A stretch of 50,769 bases of DNA, from positions 1 through 50,769 of the IMG/VR virus record IMGVR_UViG_3300011425_000005; one strand, given 5' to 3'. A model generated the notes under the pieces. The model did no database searches. It was not told the DNA's origin and saw only the letters and a list, made by a program, of their open reading frames with translations. Both the position numbers and the translations under genes were made by a program. Source of the DNA: a virus. Lineage: Duplodnaviria; Caudoviricetes. This document shows positions 19,768 to 29,453 of this stretch, in pieces; within the stretch, counting starts at the first letter, position 1; the number at the start of each line of letters is the position of its first letter.

Positions 19768-22044
19768 ATGCCTACTTTACATACTACCACTTATACTAGC
19801 GTTTTTTCTGGGCAGAATGTAGGGCCCGCTTTCCCACAATATAATACATTTACAATAAGCGGGAATATTGAACTTTCATGGCCAATGGGATTTCAAAATC
19901 TGAACCCAGTAGTCGCAGTAAATATGGATATTTCAGCTACAGCAGGAGGGTTCACTGTAAAAATGCCTGATGCTGAAGGTGCTGGAACCGGTTATGCAAT
20001 TAAGATAAACAATCCTGGAAACTTTAGCTTTAATCTTATTGATAACTCTTCTAACTTAATTGTAACTATCCCAAATGGAACTACAAAAGAGATTTGGCTT
20101 ATTGATAACGGAACAGTAGCTGGAACTTGGAGAACATTCCCAAATCCTGGTGGTGGCTCGGCCGTTACATCAATAAACGCAACATCAAGCTCAAATAATC
20201 TTGTTGTTACTGGAGCACCTGGCCTTCCAATTACAAGTGCAGGGACGATTCAATTTGCTCTTGCTAATGATTTGCTTGCACTATCTACCTTTGGAGCATC
20301 TACTGGGATAGCTGTTAGAACTGCTGCTAACACCTGGGCATTAAGAAGCATTAATGGTACAGTTGGTCAAATTTTAGTCACAAATCCATCTGGTGTAGCT
20401 GGAGATGTTACTATTGCTCTTTCAAATGTTCTTACGAACTTAGTTTCTATAGGAGTTGGAAATCTATCATTATCTGGTAATACCATTGCTTCAACTAACG
20501 CAAATGGCAATATTATCATTAACCCACAAGGAACCGGTAGGGTTCAATTAGCTAAAAATACAGAACTTTTAACTGGCTCTAGTCTAAAATATTTTGATGT
20601 TACTGGTAATTTTTATACATCTTTTAAAAATGGAACAACAGCAATTAATCAAGATTTAATTTGGCCAACAACTGCACCTTTAAATGGACAAGTTTTATCT
20701 CATTCTGCAGCAGGCCAATTACAATGGGCATCAGTTGCCACTACAGGTGGCGGAATGACAATAGTAAACTCTCTTGCAAGATATTCAAATACAGGAGGAG
20801 GATTAACTGATTCTACTGTAATATTGGATAATGCCCAAAATATGACAGGTATAAATTCTGCTCAAATTAAGAATATACTTATTGGGATAGCTGGTGATGC
20901 AACAATTTCTACTCAGCTGACAAACCAGGATTTAACATTTTCCCCAAACGGTTTAGGATTTTGTATTTCTAAAACAGATTTTCTTATTAGAAGAAATGTA
21001 GCAGCACAATCTAGATTAAGGCTGTACAATGATGCTGATAATTTTTATGCAGGATTAATTGCCCATCCTAATATGGTAGCTGATTTTACATGGAGACTTC
21101 CACTTGCTGGAAATATAGATGGATTCTTTCATACAGATACCGCTAATCAAATCACTATTACTCCAATTACTTCATTCTTTCCTGCCATTAGTACATTAAA
21201 TGCTGTGCCAAGATTTTCAAATACAACAGGAAGTCCGTTAAAAAATTCTCTCTTTGTTATTGATGATGCCGGTATAGGAACAGGATTAACTCAGTTTACA
21301 ATTGGAAATATATCAATAAATACAACAGTTAATACAATATCATCTACTGCAAATCTGGACATGAGTACTTTAGCCAATATGTCTGTTGGAGCAGTTGGTA
21401 ATATTTCCATGGGAGCTGCAGGCGTTAATTCAATAACATTCCTAACTGATTTAAATTTTAAAAATGCAGGTACTGGAATAAAGGCTAATTTTTATAATCC
21501 AGCTGGGACATTTGCAACATCAATTGTAAATGCAGCAACCGCATCAAGCTTCACATTGACATTACCAATTGCTCTAACTGCGACAACTGGTATTATGAAT
21601 GTTGGCTCAACCGGAGCAATGTCAATAAGTGCCTTAGGTGCAGCTGCTGGATCTTTAAGAACGGATGGCGCCGGAAATATTACTATAAATAGCATAACTA
21701 CTGCAGCAAATCAAGTAGCTAAATACAGCGATACTGTAGGGACAACAGCGCCTTCAACAATGTATTTAGATGCAAACTCTAACCTTTCAATTAGCGATAC
21801 AACAATACCAGGCGGTGGCGCTACAAACGCAGTAACATTAAACGTTGGCACATCTGCAACATCAATAGCCGCTTCGCACTTAACATTACAAGCCAGGGAT
21901 ACGGGAACAGGAATAGTTCCAGGGTGGTATGGTGCTGGTAATGGCGGCGTGTCTGCATCTGTCCTATTTACTGTCACAAATAAGATATCTATATATGTTA
22001 ATGGAACAAGATACTATCTATTAGCAAATACAAGTGGAGCTTAA
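19768..22044 (+). CDS. Tail fibre protein
   Basis: T/G/A/N-rich beta repeats (GNIIINPQGTGRV, WPTTAP..GQVL, ARYSNT.G); last gene of the structural operon. Confidence 0.75.
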   Translation: MPTLHTTTYTSVFSGQNVGPAFPQYNTFTISGNIELSWPMGFQNLNPVVAVNMDISATAGGFTVKMPDAEGAGTGYAIKINNPGNFSFNLIDNSSNLIVTIPNGTTKEIWLIDNGTVAGTWRTFPNPGGGSAVTSINATSSSNNLVVTGAPGLPITSAGTIQFALANDLLALSTFGASTGIAVRTAANTWALRSINGTVGQILVTNPSGVAGDVTIALSNVLTNLVSIGVGNLSLSGNTIASTNANGNIIINPQGTGRVQLAKNTELLTGSSLKYFDVTGNFYTSFKNGTTAINQDLIWPTTAPLNGQVLSHSAAGQLQWASVATTGGGMTIVNSLARYSNTGGGLTDSTVILDNAQNMTGINSAQIKNILIGIAGDATISTQLTNQDLTFSPNGLGFCISKTDFLIRRNVAAQSRLRLYNDADNFYAGLIAHPNMVADFTWRLPLAGNIDGFFHTDTANQITITPITSFFPAISTLNAVPRFSNTTGSPLKNSLFVIDDAGIGTGLTQFTIGNISINTTVNTISSTANLDMSTLANMSVGAVGNISMGAAGVNSITFLTDLNFKNAGTGIKANFYNPAGTFATSIVNAATASSFTLTLPIALTATTGIMNVGSTGAMSISALGAAAGSLRTDGAGNITINSITTAANQVAKYSDTVGTTAPSTMYLDANSNLSISDTTIPGGGATNAVTLNVGTSATSIAASHLTLQARDTGTGIVPGWYGAGNGGVSASVLFTVTNKISIYVNGTRYYLLANTSGA

Positions 22045-22538
22045 GAATTTTCAATGCTAGAACTAATATCATATTCAGTTTCTACGTGATATACAGGGAA
22101 CCCATACTCTTTTAGCTTTTCAAGCTGAGAGATTGGTTCATCTTTTTTAGTTAATGTCCAACTTAATGCGAAGCAGTCAAAGAATATAACATTATTTTGT
22201 TGCTCAACTATGTTCATAGTTCCTTCTCCCAAAATAGTTGTTATTACTTCCTCTTTCCTTTTCAAAAGAAACGAGAAATTCTTATCCATACTTAAAATGA
22301 ATATATCTTCATTTTTGTGACATTCTTCCCTTATTTTTTTAGGGATATCTATTTTTTCTTTTTTTATAGGCTTATTTTTTTTATTTGATTCACCAGAAGA
22401 TATTAATCTTGCAAATATAGATTCCATAGTATCCTTTTCAGACGCTATTTTATTTTCAATTAAGTAATTTATTAATTCTTTTGTTTGATTAAACTTTTCT
22501 AACAATGTATCTTTTATTTCAGTTTTTTTGTTTTTCAT
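22041..22538 (-). CDS. Hypothetical protein
   Basis: 165-aa ORF coupled to the MarR gene. Confidence 0.6.
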   Translation of the reverse strand: MKNKKTEIKDTLLEKFNQTKELINYLIENKIASEKDTMESIFARLISSGESNKKNKPIKKEKIDIPKKIREECHKNEDIFILSMDKNFSFLLKRKEEVITTILGEGTMNIVEQQNNVIFFDCFALSWTLTKKDEPISQLEKLKEYGFPVYHVETEYDISSSIENS

Positions 22539-22990
22539 TTAATGCTCCTAGCACTCTTAGTAATTTCCCCGCTAAAGTTATAAACAAAGTTTATAAAATC
22601 TGGCTTGTCTTTTGCAAATATTCCAATTCCTTGTTCTAGCTCTATTATTTTTGGCATTATTTCCTTTAAGAAGATTGCCCCTTCTTTTGTCAATGCCGGA
22701 TAAAGAGACCGCTTATCATTAGAATTCTTGTATATCTCAACGTACTTAGGCATTGACCTTATACAAACCATCATAGATTTGTAATTCATAAACATCTTTT
22801 TGGCCATATATCCAATATTTTTTCCTCTATACTCAGCAACAGCATATAAAAGATATACCTGGTTCATTGTTACGCCATGATTCCTTAGGTGCTTATTAAA
22901 GAAATTTGAAATGGCTCTTGATGCCATGCAAACTCCAAGCCCTAAAAGTTCTATATCACAAGTTTTTAATATAAGACTATCTCCAAACAT
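22535..22990 (-). CDS. MarR-family transcriptional regulator
   Basis: ASRAISNFFNKHLRNHGVTMNQVYLL...DKRSLYPALTKEG winged-HTH signature. Confidence 0.85.
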   Translation of the reverse strand: MFGDSLILKTCDIELLGLGVCMASRAISNFFNKHLRNHGVTMNQVYLLYAVAEYRGKNIGYMAKKMFMNYKSMMVCIRSMPKYVEIYKNSNDKRSLYPALTKEGAIFLKEIMPKIIELEQGIGIFAKDKPDFINFVYNFSGEITKSARSIK

Positions 22991-23008
22991 TACTTTTAAT
23001 TCCTTTGC

Positions 23009-23317
23009 TCAAATTATTAAAGATTTTTTAGTTGCAATTATTATTTTTTGACCAGACCACTCTGGTATCTCAGTGATGTCTCCATCCAGAACTCCTATTT
23101 TATGATGCTGCCCGCTTTTAAATTTAACAATTAATTCATTTTCAGAATAATTTCGACATATAACGAATTCAGAAAAATTATGATCTCCAGTATAGAATCT
23201 AATAAATTCATGATTTAAGAATTCGTTTAAGGCGCTAAAATTAAACTTGACAGGCTTTATATTATTTAAAGCAAGAATTGGCAACATCCTTTCTTCTATA
23301 TATTGAACAAAAATCAT
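23009..23317 (-). CDS. Hypothetical protein
   Basis: ORF with SD, first gene of a leftward operon. Confidence 0.6.
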   Translation of the reverse strand: MIFVQYIEERMLPILALNNIKPVKFNFSALNEFLNHEFIRFYTGDHNFSEFVICRNYSENELIVKFKSGQHHKIGVLDGDITEIPEWSGQKIIIATKKSLII

Positions 23318-23348
23318 TTAAAGATCTTCCTCATTTGTAAAATACTTG

Positions 23349-23393
23349 TTGACTTCAAATTTGGATGGTAATACTATGTAAATCATTTGTCAA
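23349..23393. promoter_or_regulatory. Overlapping divergent sigma70 promoters with TT(G/T)ACA operator-like repeats
   Basis: Plus strand TTGACT(23349)-17-TACTAT(23372); minus strand TTGACA(23393-88)-17-TACCAT; 17-mer also found at 31107-31123. Confidence 0.7.
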
Positions 23394-23422
23394 ACAATTA
23401 GATTACATTACCAGGAGATTAT

Positions 23423-23617
23423 ATGAGAAAGAAAACAAAAATTATAAATGTAAGGGTTACAGAGCAAGATTTTCAAATTATTAGAAAAATGTGCAAGAAA
23501 AATGGCACCTGGTCTGGCTCTTGGGCTAGGGCACTTCTGTTAAAGGAGCTTGTAAGGATTGGGAAAAGGGAAAATGATGATCCATATATTAGAGAGAAGG
23601 TGCAAGAAAGTAATTAA
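23423..23617 (+). CDS. Ribbon-helix-helix DNA-binding protein (CopG/MobC/Arc-like)
   Basis: KTKIINVRVTEQDFQII beta-strand plus two helices; 64 aa; AGGAG SD. Confidence 0.75.
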   Translation: MRKKTKIINVRVTEQDFQIIRKMCKKNGTWSGSWARALLLKELVRIGKRENDDPYIREKVQESN

Positions 23618-23684
23618 TATTTAGCTTCCTAATTAATAGTTAATATATTATAATGAAATTATCAGGATCGATAATGAGGATTTT

Positions 23685-23972
23685 ATGCTAGAAGGAATTA
23701 ATCATAAGGAATATAATGACTATCTGAAGTATTATAGTGATGGAAATCACGATATAGTCCATTTTAAAATTTTACCTGAAGCTGCAAATGAAAATGACAA
23801 GGTTATTAATGTTAACCTAAATCTTTTTTTAAGAATGCTCGGTGCCTCAAATGAAATAATTGAAGATGACTACAAAACATTGCAGTTTATGTTTTATGTC
23901 AAGTCAACAATGGATGAAGCAAGGGCACTTCGTCATATTTTTGATAAGGAACCTGAATCATTTAACGAATAA
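23685..23972 (+). CDS. Hypothetical protein
   Basis: GAGG SD, 95 aa. Confidence 0.55.
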   Translation: MLEGINHKEYNDYLKYYSDGNHDIVHFKILPEAANENDKVINVNLNLFLRMLGASNEIIEDDYKTLQFMFYVKSTMDEARALRHIFDKEPESFNE

Positions 23973-24329
23973 TTAATTTTTTAAATATTCGTTAGTTAAA
24001 TTTATTGCTTCCTCAATGCTTTTACATATAACACAAAGGTATCCTTTCGCCTGTAGTTTATATAGAATTTCTTTTTGTTCTGGACTAACTCTTCCTTTTT
24101 CATTTTTAAACTCAATGAACATTCCATGGTATTGCCCACGCGGTGAAAAAATTCCTAAATCAGGAAATCCTTTTTTCATGCCCTCTCGCTTTAATCTGGC
24201 CCCATAGCGCGGATCCCTTACTCCACCATTAGGGAATGATGAGGTTACCTCAAAAATCTCAGGATGCTGAAAATTTAGCCATTTTAGATAATTGCATTGA
24301 ATTGAAGATTCGCTAATTATTTTATTCAT
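23973..24329 (-). CDS. VRR-NUC domain nuclease
   Basis: ESSIQ, PNGG.R, LKREGMKKGFPDL, FIEFK, GRVSPEQ motifs; likely start ATG 24329. Confidence 0.9.
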   Translation of the reverse strand: MNKIISESSIQCNYLKWLNFQHPEIFEVTSSFPNGGVRDPRYGARLKREGMKKGFPDLGIFSPRGQYHGMFIEFKNEKGRVSPEQKEILYKLQAKGYLCVICKSIEEAINLTNEYLKN

Positions 24330-24397
24330 ATATATTGACAATTTAAATTATATATGTCATACATTATAACTCTACACATTGTTTTATTGGTAGCCAT
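24326..24397 (-). CDS. 23-aa leader ORF coupled to VRR-NUC
   Basis: GGAGGA SD, MATNKTMCRVIMYDIYNLNCQYI*, ATGA overlap with the nuclease start. Confidence 0.45.
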   Translation of the reverse strand: MATNKTMCRVIMYDIYNLNCQYI

Positions 24398-24460
24398 TTA
24401 AGTCCTCCTAAGGGTGATTTCCCGGACCTTGGTAGGTTGATAGTTATGGAAACGGATTCT

Positions 24461-24489
24461 ATACTATCATATATTTATCTAGCTGTCAA
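24461..24489 (-). promoter_or_regulatory. Sigma70 promoter (extended -10)
   Basis: TTGACA-17-TAGTAT with TGn on the minus strand. Confidence 0.6.
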
Positions 24490-24527
24490 ATTTTTAACTT
24501 ATTGCAAATACTGGAGGGGATTCCATT

Positions 24528-25550
24528 ATGCGTGAAATTGACTCGGGAGTCTTTGACTCACCGCTTAATACTAATTCAAGTAAATTATTAATATACGAAG
24601 GACCTTTACAAGTTTTGCCTTCGCTTGCTGTAAAAATTGGATTAAATGAGGCAATTATTTTACAACAAATTCATTATTGGATATCTAACGAATTGAATAG
24701 AAATGTAATTGGTGGTCGAAAATGGGTTTATAACTCTTACAAAGATTGGAAAAAACAATTCCCGTTTTGGGGTAAAAATACAATTGTCCGAACAATCGAT
24801 TCTCTCGAAAATAAGAAATTGTTAATATCTGGGGCATTTAACAAACTACCTAGAGATAGGACAAAATGGTACACAATTGATTATGAATCACTAAAATGTT
24901 TGGAGGTAGGTAATTCTTCAAAAAATGATGACTCTAAGGAAGAGAATGCTGATAGTCCCATTTACCCAAATTGGGTCGTTCCATTTACCCAAAATGGGTA
25001 TATGCATTTACCCAAAATGGGTAAATGTAATACCAAAGATTACTTACCAGAGATTACCAAAGATCTTAATGTGCGAAATGCAAATTTTGATAATGAGTTT
25101 GAAGAATTTTGGAATTGCTATGACAAAAAAGCTGATAAGAAAAAATGTGGAAAAGCATACGTCAAGCTCTTAACAGATAAGGGTGTTGACTTACATGATA
25201 TAATCATGAATGCACTTTCTGCTCAAAAGAAATCCAGGGATGCTGCAGATGCCTTGGGTATATGGCAACCATTCAGAAAACAGCCGTTAACATGGCTTAA
25301 CGGTAATTGTTGGGAAGATGAAGTCAAAACACAGGAGCAATTGAATGAAGAACGTAAGCGAGTCTCTAGGAAAGTACCAAACAAACCCATGGGCATGTCG
25401 ACCTTCGACCAATACCACATTATCAACGACAAAATCAGAGAGTCTGCAGAAGCCGAGATCGTCAGAAGTAAGCGAGCAGAAGCGTTGGAAAGAGGAGAGG
25501 AATGGGAATGGGATGGCTCGTCTAGCAGCCTTGGTATCCCGGATTTTTAA
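24528..25550 (+). CDS. Phage replication initiator (lambda O-like)
   Basis: LAVKIGLNEAIILQQIHYW...WVYNSY..W..QFPFW...DRTKWYTIDY N-domain; FEEFWNCY...TWLN..WEDE C-domain; internal iterons. Confidence 0.85.
   Translation: MREIDSGVFDSPLNTNSSKLLIYEGPLQVLPSLAVKIGLNEAIILQQIHYWISNELNRNVIGGRKWVYNSYKDWKKQFPFWGKNTIVRTIDSLENKKLLISGAFNKLPRDRTKWYTIDYESLKCLEVGNSSKNDDSKEENADSPIYPNWVVPFTQNGYMHLPKMGKCNTKDYLPEITKDLNVRNANFDNEFEEFWNCYDKKADKKKCGKAYVKLLTDKGVDLHDIIMNALSAQKKSRDAADALGIWQPFRKQPLTWLNGNCWEDEVKTQEQLNEERKRVSRKVPNKPMGMSTFDQYHIINDKIRESAEAEIVRSKRAEALERGEEWEWDGSSSSLGIPDF
24959..25066. repeat. Replication origin iterons inside the rep gene
   Basis: CATTTACCCAAA(A/T)TGGGT at 24959, 24982 and 25005 (23-bp period, palindromic), then three TACCA(A/G)AGAT. 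Confidence 0.85.
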
Positions 25551-26034
25551 ATTCTTATCAGCAAATTACGGTCATACTTGGGCAAAGGGAGTTGAATATT
25601 CAACGAATGAAAGCAGGATATCTGTATGGTCAGAAGCGGTTCAAGGATTAAGCGTTGATCAATTGCAATACGCAAAGAAAAAGATATTGAACGGGGAATG
25701 CTATTTGGATTTCCCACCTACTGCTGCTCAATTCAGAGTTCTATGCAAGTCTATGCCAGAAAAGTCGGAATCTACGGTTTCTAGATTCGATCCTGAATAT
25801 GACATTCAGTGGTTTAGTTCTTTGTCTGAATCTGATAAGATAAAAGTTTATCAAGGCGCAATCAGGGCATATCCGTTTCTTGATAATTTTCTAAAAGCTA
25901 GCAACCAATCATTTTTGGATGATTCTTTCGAAAAAAGTGTTTGGATTAAGCCAATGATTGAAACTTTTAGAGAATGCTACAAGATTGATTCACTAAGATG
26001 GTTCAAATTCGAAAATTTAGGCACCAAGGCGTGA
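25513..26034 (+). CDS. Replication protein P-like helicase loader
   Basis: RIF..L...YGHTW, W...V.GLS..QL, FPPTAAQFR.LC motifs; overlaps the end of rep; likely start 25513. Confidence 0.7.
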   Translation: MARLAALVSRIFKFLSANYGHTWAKGVEYSTNESRISVWSEAVQGLSVDQLQYAKKKILNGECYLDFPPTAAQFRVLCKSMPEKSESTVSRFDPEYDIQWFSSLSESDKIKVYQGAIRAYPFLDNFLKASNQSFLDDSFEKSVWIKPMIETFRECYKIDSLRWFKFENLGTKA

Positions 26035-26192
26035 TTTAAATATGAAACCAATATGTTTCCCTAGGGTATGCGAAGTTAATGTAACCTTGGATGTTTTTTA
26101 AAGGATTTGGATTTTAATTCGTTTTAGGTTACGTTTGTTTTGAAAGTTCACTTTATTAATGTAACATTTATTTTTTAAACAGGAGAAGAGAA

Positions 26193-26906
26193 ATGATTTT
26201 AAATAAGACAATTTTAGGCGTATGTCTATTATCAATGACTAGCGTAGCTTTTTGTGAAACCGAAGTTCCTAAGAGTAGATTTTACCTTGGATCGCATGCT
26301 CAAGTTCGAAAAACAGATTTTGATAAGAAATTTGGACAAGCAATTATGAGAAAGTCACACAATCAATTCCATCACTTTATTGGATTTAAGATAAGCGAAA
26401 ATTTCGCAATTGAAGTCAGCAGGGAAGCTATGATTTCTAAATCAAAGAAAACAACTTTGATGGAAGGTCAAATGTTTAATGGCATCCCAATCCCGAAAAA
26501 TTTAGCTCCGTCATTATTTTCAACAAATATGAAGCTAAAAGCTATAAATCTTGATATTGTTTTATATAAACAACTGTTTGATGATATTCCGCTTAGTTTT
26601 GTTCCATCAATTGGTATTAGTCATATAACCATCGAAGTAACGAGGGACAATTTACACTGCGGAAATTTTAGTGGAAAAATCCCAACTAGAGTCTTTAACA
26701 AAAGTTTCCTTTCATTAAAACCATCAGCTGCTCTTCAGTATGATTTTGAAAATGGATTTTCTTTAAGAACATCTGCGAGCTTTATCAATACCAATGGAAC
26801 AAAACTAACAACACATGATAGCCACATGTTTAAATTGAAAGCAAAACCTCGCGTTAATCTAAAAGATAGCTGTGTTTTTGGAGTTGGATTTGCAGTTAAT
26901 CTATAG
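26193..26906 (+). CDS. Outer-membrane beta-barrel protein (OmpA-TM/Ail/Lom-like)
   Basis: Signal peptide, FYLG first strand, FIGFKISENFAIE, QYDFENGFSLR, terminal strand FGVGFAVNL. Confidence 0.8.
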   Translation: MILNKTILGVCLLSMTSVAFCETEVPKSRFYLGSHAQVRKTDFDKKFGQAIMRKSHNQFHHFIGFKISENFAIEVSREAMISKSKKTTLMEGQMFNGIPIPKNLAPSLFSTNMKLKAINLDIVLYKQLFDDIPLSFVPSIGISHITIEVTRDNLHCGNFSGKIPTRVFNKSFLSLKPSAALQYDFENGFSLRTSASFINTNGTKLTTHDSHMFKLKAKPRVNLKDSCVFGVGFAVNL

Positions 26907-26943
26907 TTTTTATAGATATGTGTTATAAGTTTCAAAGATTTAT

Positions 26944-26977
26944 GTCACAATGTTTGTTACCTAATAAACATTGTGAT
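26944..26977. repeat. Long inverted repeat (terminator or operator)
   Basis: GTCACAATGTTTGTTA-CC-TAATAAACATTGTGAT, after the OMP gene. Confidence 0.6.
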
Positions 26978-27013
26978 AATATACCTTAAAAAAATGATTT
27001 TCGGAGACAAATA

Positions 27014-27424
27014 GTGGAAGCTTGGCAACAGGGTGAGTTTGGTAATCCGATTGGCGCTCAGATAAAAGTAAATGCCTTACGTAAGGTTTGTCAAAGCTTC
27101 TCAAAGCAATCCATGGATGTATTGATGGAGATAATGTTGAATCCAATGTCTGAAGAAAAAAATAGGATTGCAGTTGCAAAATTTATTTTAGAGCAAGGGT
27201 ATGGAAAAGCACCTCAATCAATGGAATTTAAAATCACAGAAGGATTATCTCCAAATATGATGAGTTCAGATCAGTTAAGGATGTTTGCATCTGGAAAGAT
27301 TCAGGAGCTTATAATTAACCTTCATCAAACAGGGAAGCTTGATGAGTATTTAAAGTCTAATCAACTGAGCTTGGAAGCTCCAACAGTCGAAACTATTGAA
27401 GCTCCAAAAGGGAAGTCTAAGTAA
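27014..27424 (+). CDS. Terminase small subunit-like (DUF5681-like) protein
   Basis: WQQGEFGNPIG (cf. FxxGQSGNPxG) and RIAVAKFILEQGYGKAPQ motifs; GTG start with GGAG SD. Confidence 0.6.
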   Translation: MEAWQQGEFGNPIGAQIKVNALRKVCQSFSKQSMDVLMEIMLNPMSEEKNRIAVAKFILEQGYGKAPQSMEFKITEGLSPNMMSSDQLRMFASGKIQELIINLHQTGKLDEYLKSNQLSLEAPTVETIEAPKGKSK

Positions 27425-27872
27425 GTGTTACATCAACTTTATAGGTTTTGTTTAATTTATCCATCATATCACCTATACTAATCCCTTCCTCACATTTATT
27501 TATAAGAATTCTTTCTAATGATTCGTTATAATAAATTTCACTTATGACCTCAATTGCTATTATTTCCTGTTCAGAGCAAATTCTTTGTATAGAAACATCT
27601 TCCCATTTTTTATCATCGGGGATTATCCATGTTTCATATTTTTTAAATTCCAAATTTCCGCTAAATTCATCTAGGGTTATAAATTTTCCTTTTAAATGGT
27701 GAACGTCACTAAACATAAATTTACAATCTTGGTAATTAGATGGGTCGAAAGCCTCAACCAGTTTCCCTATAAAATATCCATTTCTGTAAAATAATATGTA
27801 TTTTCCAACAATTGATGAAAAATTATTTTGTATCTTTTTGTCTGAGCCTTCGTTTAACCTAACAAATTTCAT
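27417..27872 (-). CDS. Hypothetical protein
   Basis: 151-aa ORF with SD at the end of the leftward early operon. Confidence 0.6.
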   Translation of the reverse strand: MKFVRLNEGSDKKIQNNFSSIVGKYILFYRNGYFIGKLVEAFDPSNYQDCKFMFSDVHHLKGKFITLDEFSGNLEFKKYETWIIPDDKKWEDVSIQRICSEQEIIAIEVISEIYYNESLERILINKCEEGISIGDMMDKLNKTYKVDVTLT

Positions 27873-28006
27873 TTCATTGCTCCTTTCATCGTTAAATCCA
27901 TTATAAACTTGGCAATTTCAACCCTATCCTGAGAGCTAAACTCTTCATCTTCCATATACTTCAGTAAAAAATTACCTGATTTTTCAAATAGTTCATTAGT
28001 AACCAT
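27869..28006 (-). CDS. Small hypothetical protein (45 aa)
   Basis: MVTNELFEKS...; ATGA coupling to 27872. Confidence 0.45.
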   Translation of the reverse strand: MVTNELFEKSGNFLLKYMEDEEFSSQDRVEIAKFIMDLTMKGAMK

Positions 28007-28020
28007 TTTATCAATATCTT

Positions 28021-28224
28021 TCATTTCATTTCTCCTTTTAGTGATTTATCGATTTCAACCTTTATATCATTTTTTAATCTTGATATGCTATTTCTGCGAA
28101 CAGTTATTATAGGCGGTTTAATTGTTTGAGCCAAGTAACTTTTTGTTTCAAGACCCATTCCGCCCCTTCCATCCCATATTTTAATTTGGTGACCCTTGTA
28201 AGTCATTGTATGCTTCATTTTCAA
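28021..28224 (-). CDS. Small basic hypothetical protein
   Basis: GAGG SD; MTYKGHQI pattern. Confidence 0.55.
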   Translation of the reverse strand: MKMKHTMTYKGHQIKIWDGRGGMGLETKSYLAQTIKPPIITVRRNSISRLKNDIKVEIDKSLKGEMK

Positions 28225-28432
28225 TCCTCACATAAAATTTTGACCAGGTTTGCAACATTTATGAAAATCTGGTCATTATTTTCATTAACCCAATTTGCGC
28301 ATTATTTCTATAATCGATAATGTTAATGAACTACATACAGAATCAATAATGCATACTACAGCTATACCTTCGAATGGGATCAATTCAAGCTTATGCATAA
28401 TTTTTGATAATGTTTTCTCAAAGTTGAATTTT

Positions 28433-29218
28433 TCAATGATAGTTAGCATTTCTTTCTCCTGAATTTTTTAATAAGCTCAAAAGTTGATGCGCATGTCCTG
28501 CATATGAAATCTCTATAGCTTCTGTAGAAAGTCTTCCATCACAAGATCCAGCAGTCGATGAAAAAAACATTCTATGCATTGAATCATCATCTAACTTAAT
28601 AGACTTAAGCGCCATATTTACTATGTGACTTACATTTTTTGGAAAATGGATGCTAGCTTTTAATGCCAATCTTTCTAATTTTTTAATGTGTAAGTTTGAA
28701 AATTCATAATTCCATGTATTTGACTTTATGGCTCCCTCATAAAGCATTAAAGAATGTTGTAAGGCTTCTATAGATTCATCTTTAATATCTTGCATTAACC
28801 CTTCTTTATCTTGAAGAATTTCAATGCCTTCTTTTAAAAGAAGTACTGCTATCTTCCATCTTATTGGCTCTAGATCTACACCGACAGGTATTGATTCTAA
28901 GAAGTCAATAGCGAATTTATCACACTCACCCCATGGCAAGCATTCAAAAAATGCTTCTTGTATCTTAGACAACCATCCTGGTATTCCTAGAGTCTCCTGT
29001 AATGCACAATGTGATTTTGTGTCGTATGACTTTCCTAGTATTTTATTAACAGAATTAACGGAACATCCTACCGCACATCCTTGAAAACCTTGTCCCCAAA
29101 TAAAAGAGCCATATGTTCCCTTAATAAATCTATCCTGTTCTTGATGATTCTTCATCTCAGCTATAACTAATTCCTTAAGGTTGTAATCATTATGGTAACT
29201 TAAAATTTTATCGTTCAT
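28433..29218 (-). CDS. Conserved phage hypothetical protein
   Basis: GCAVGCS, LGIPGWL, FLESIPVGVDL motifs. Confidence 0.65.
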   Translation of the reverse strand: MNDKILSYHNDYNLKELVIAEMKNHQEQDRFIKGTYGSFIWGQGFQGCAVGCSVNSVNKILGKSYDTKSHCALQETLGIPGWLSKIQEAFFECLPWGECDKFAIDFLESIPVGVDLEPIRWKIAVLLLKEGIEILQDKEGLMQDIKDESIEALQHSLMLYEGAIKSNTWNYEFSNLHIKKLERLALKASIHFPKNVSHIVNMALKSIKLDDDSMHRMFFSSTAGSCDGRLSTEAIEISYAGHAHQLLSLLKNSGERNANYH

Positions 29219-29453
29219 TGCAGTTCTCCAAAATAGTGTTTAGTTCTTTCAACTCTTTACAAAGATCCTCTAATTTTTTATCTATCCTTGAAATCGTTTC
29301 GTCAACTTGTCCAAAAAGGTAACTATCATTGATTGCAGTATTCTCAACTCCAAGAAAACCAGAAAATGTAGATTGAAGAATAAGCTTAGATAACTTAACT
29401 TTATCTGATGGGTCCATTACCTCGTCGTTAAGAATGCTTTCTAGTGTTCTCAT
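29208..29453 (-). CDS. Hypothetical protein
   Basis: Coupled to both neighbours. Confidence 0.6.
   Translation of the reverse strand: MRTLESILNDEVMDPSDKVKLSKLILQSTFSGFLGVENTAINDSYLFGQVDETISRIDKKLEDLCKELKELNTILENCNER

Noticed and set aside
24959-25066. CRISPR-like repeats
   Set aside because: Spacers only ~5 bp, inside the rep ORF, no cas genes; these are iterons
25345-25512. Long overlap of the P-like ORF with rep
   Set aside because: P-like motifs begin only near Met 25513; the extension looks like incidental open frame
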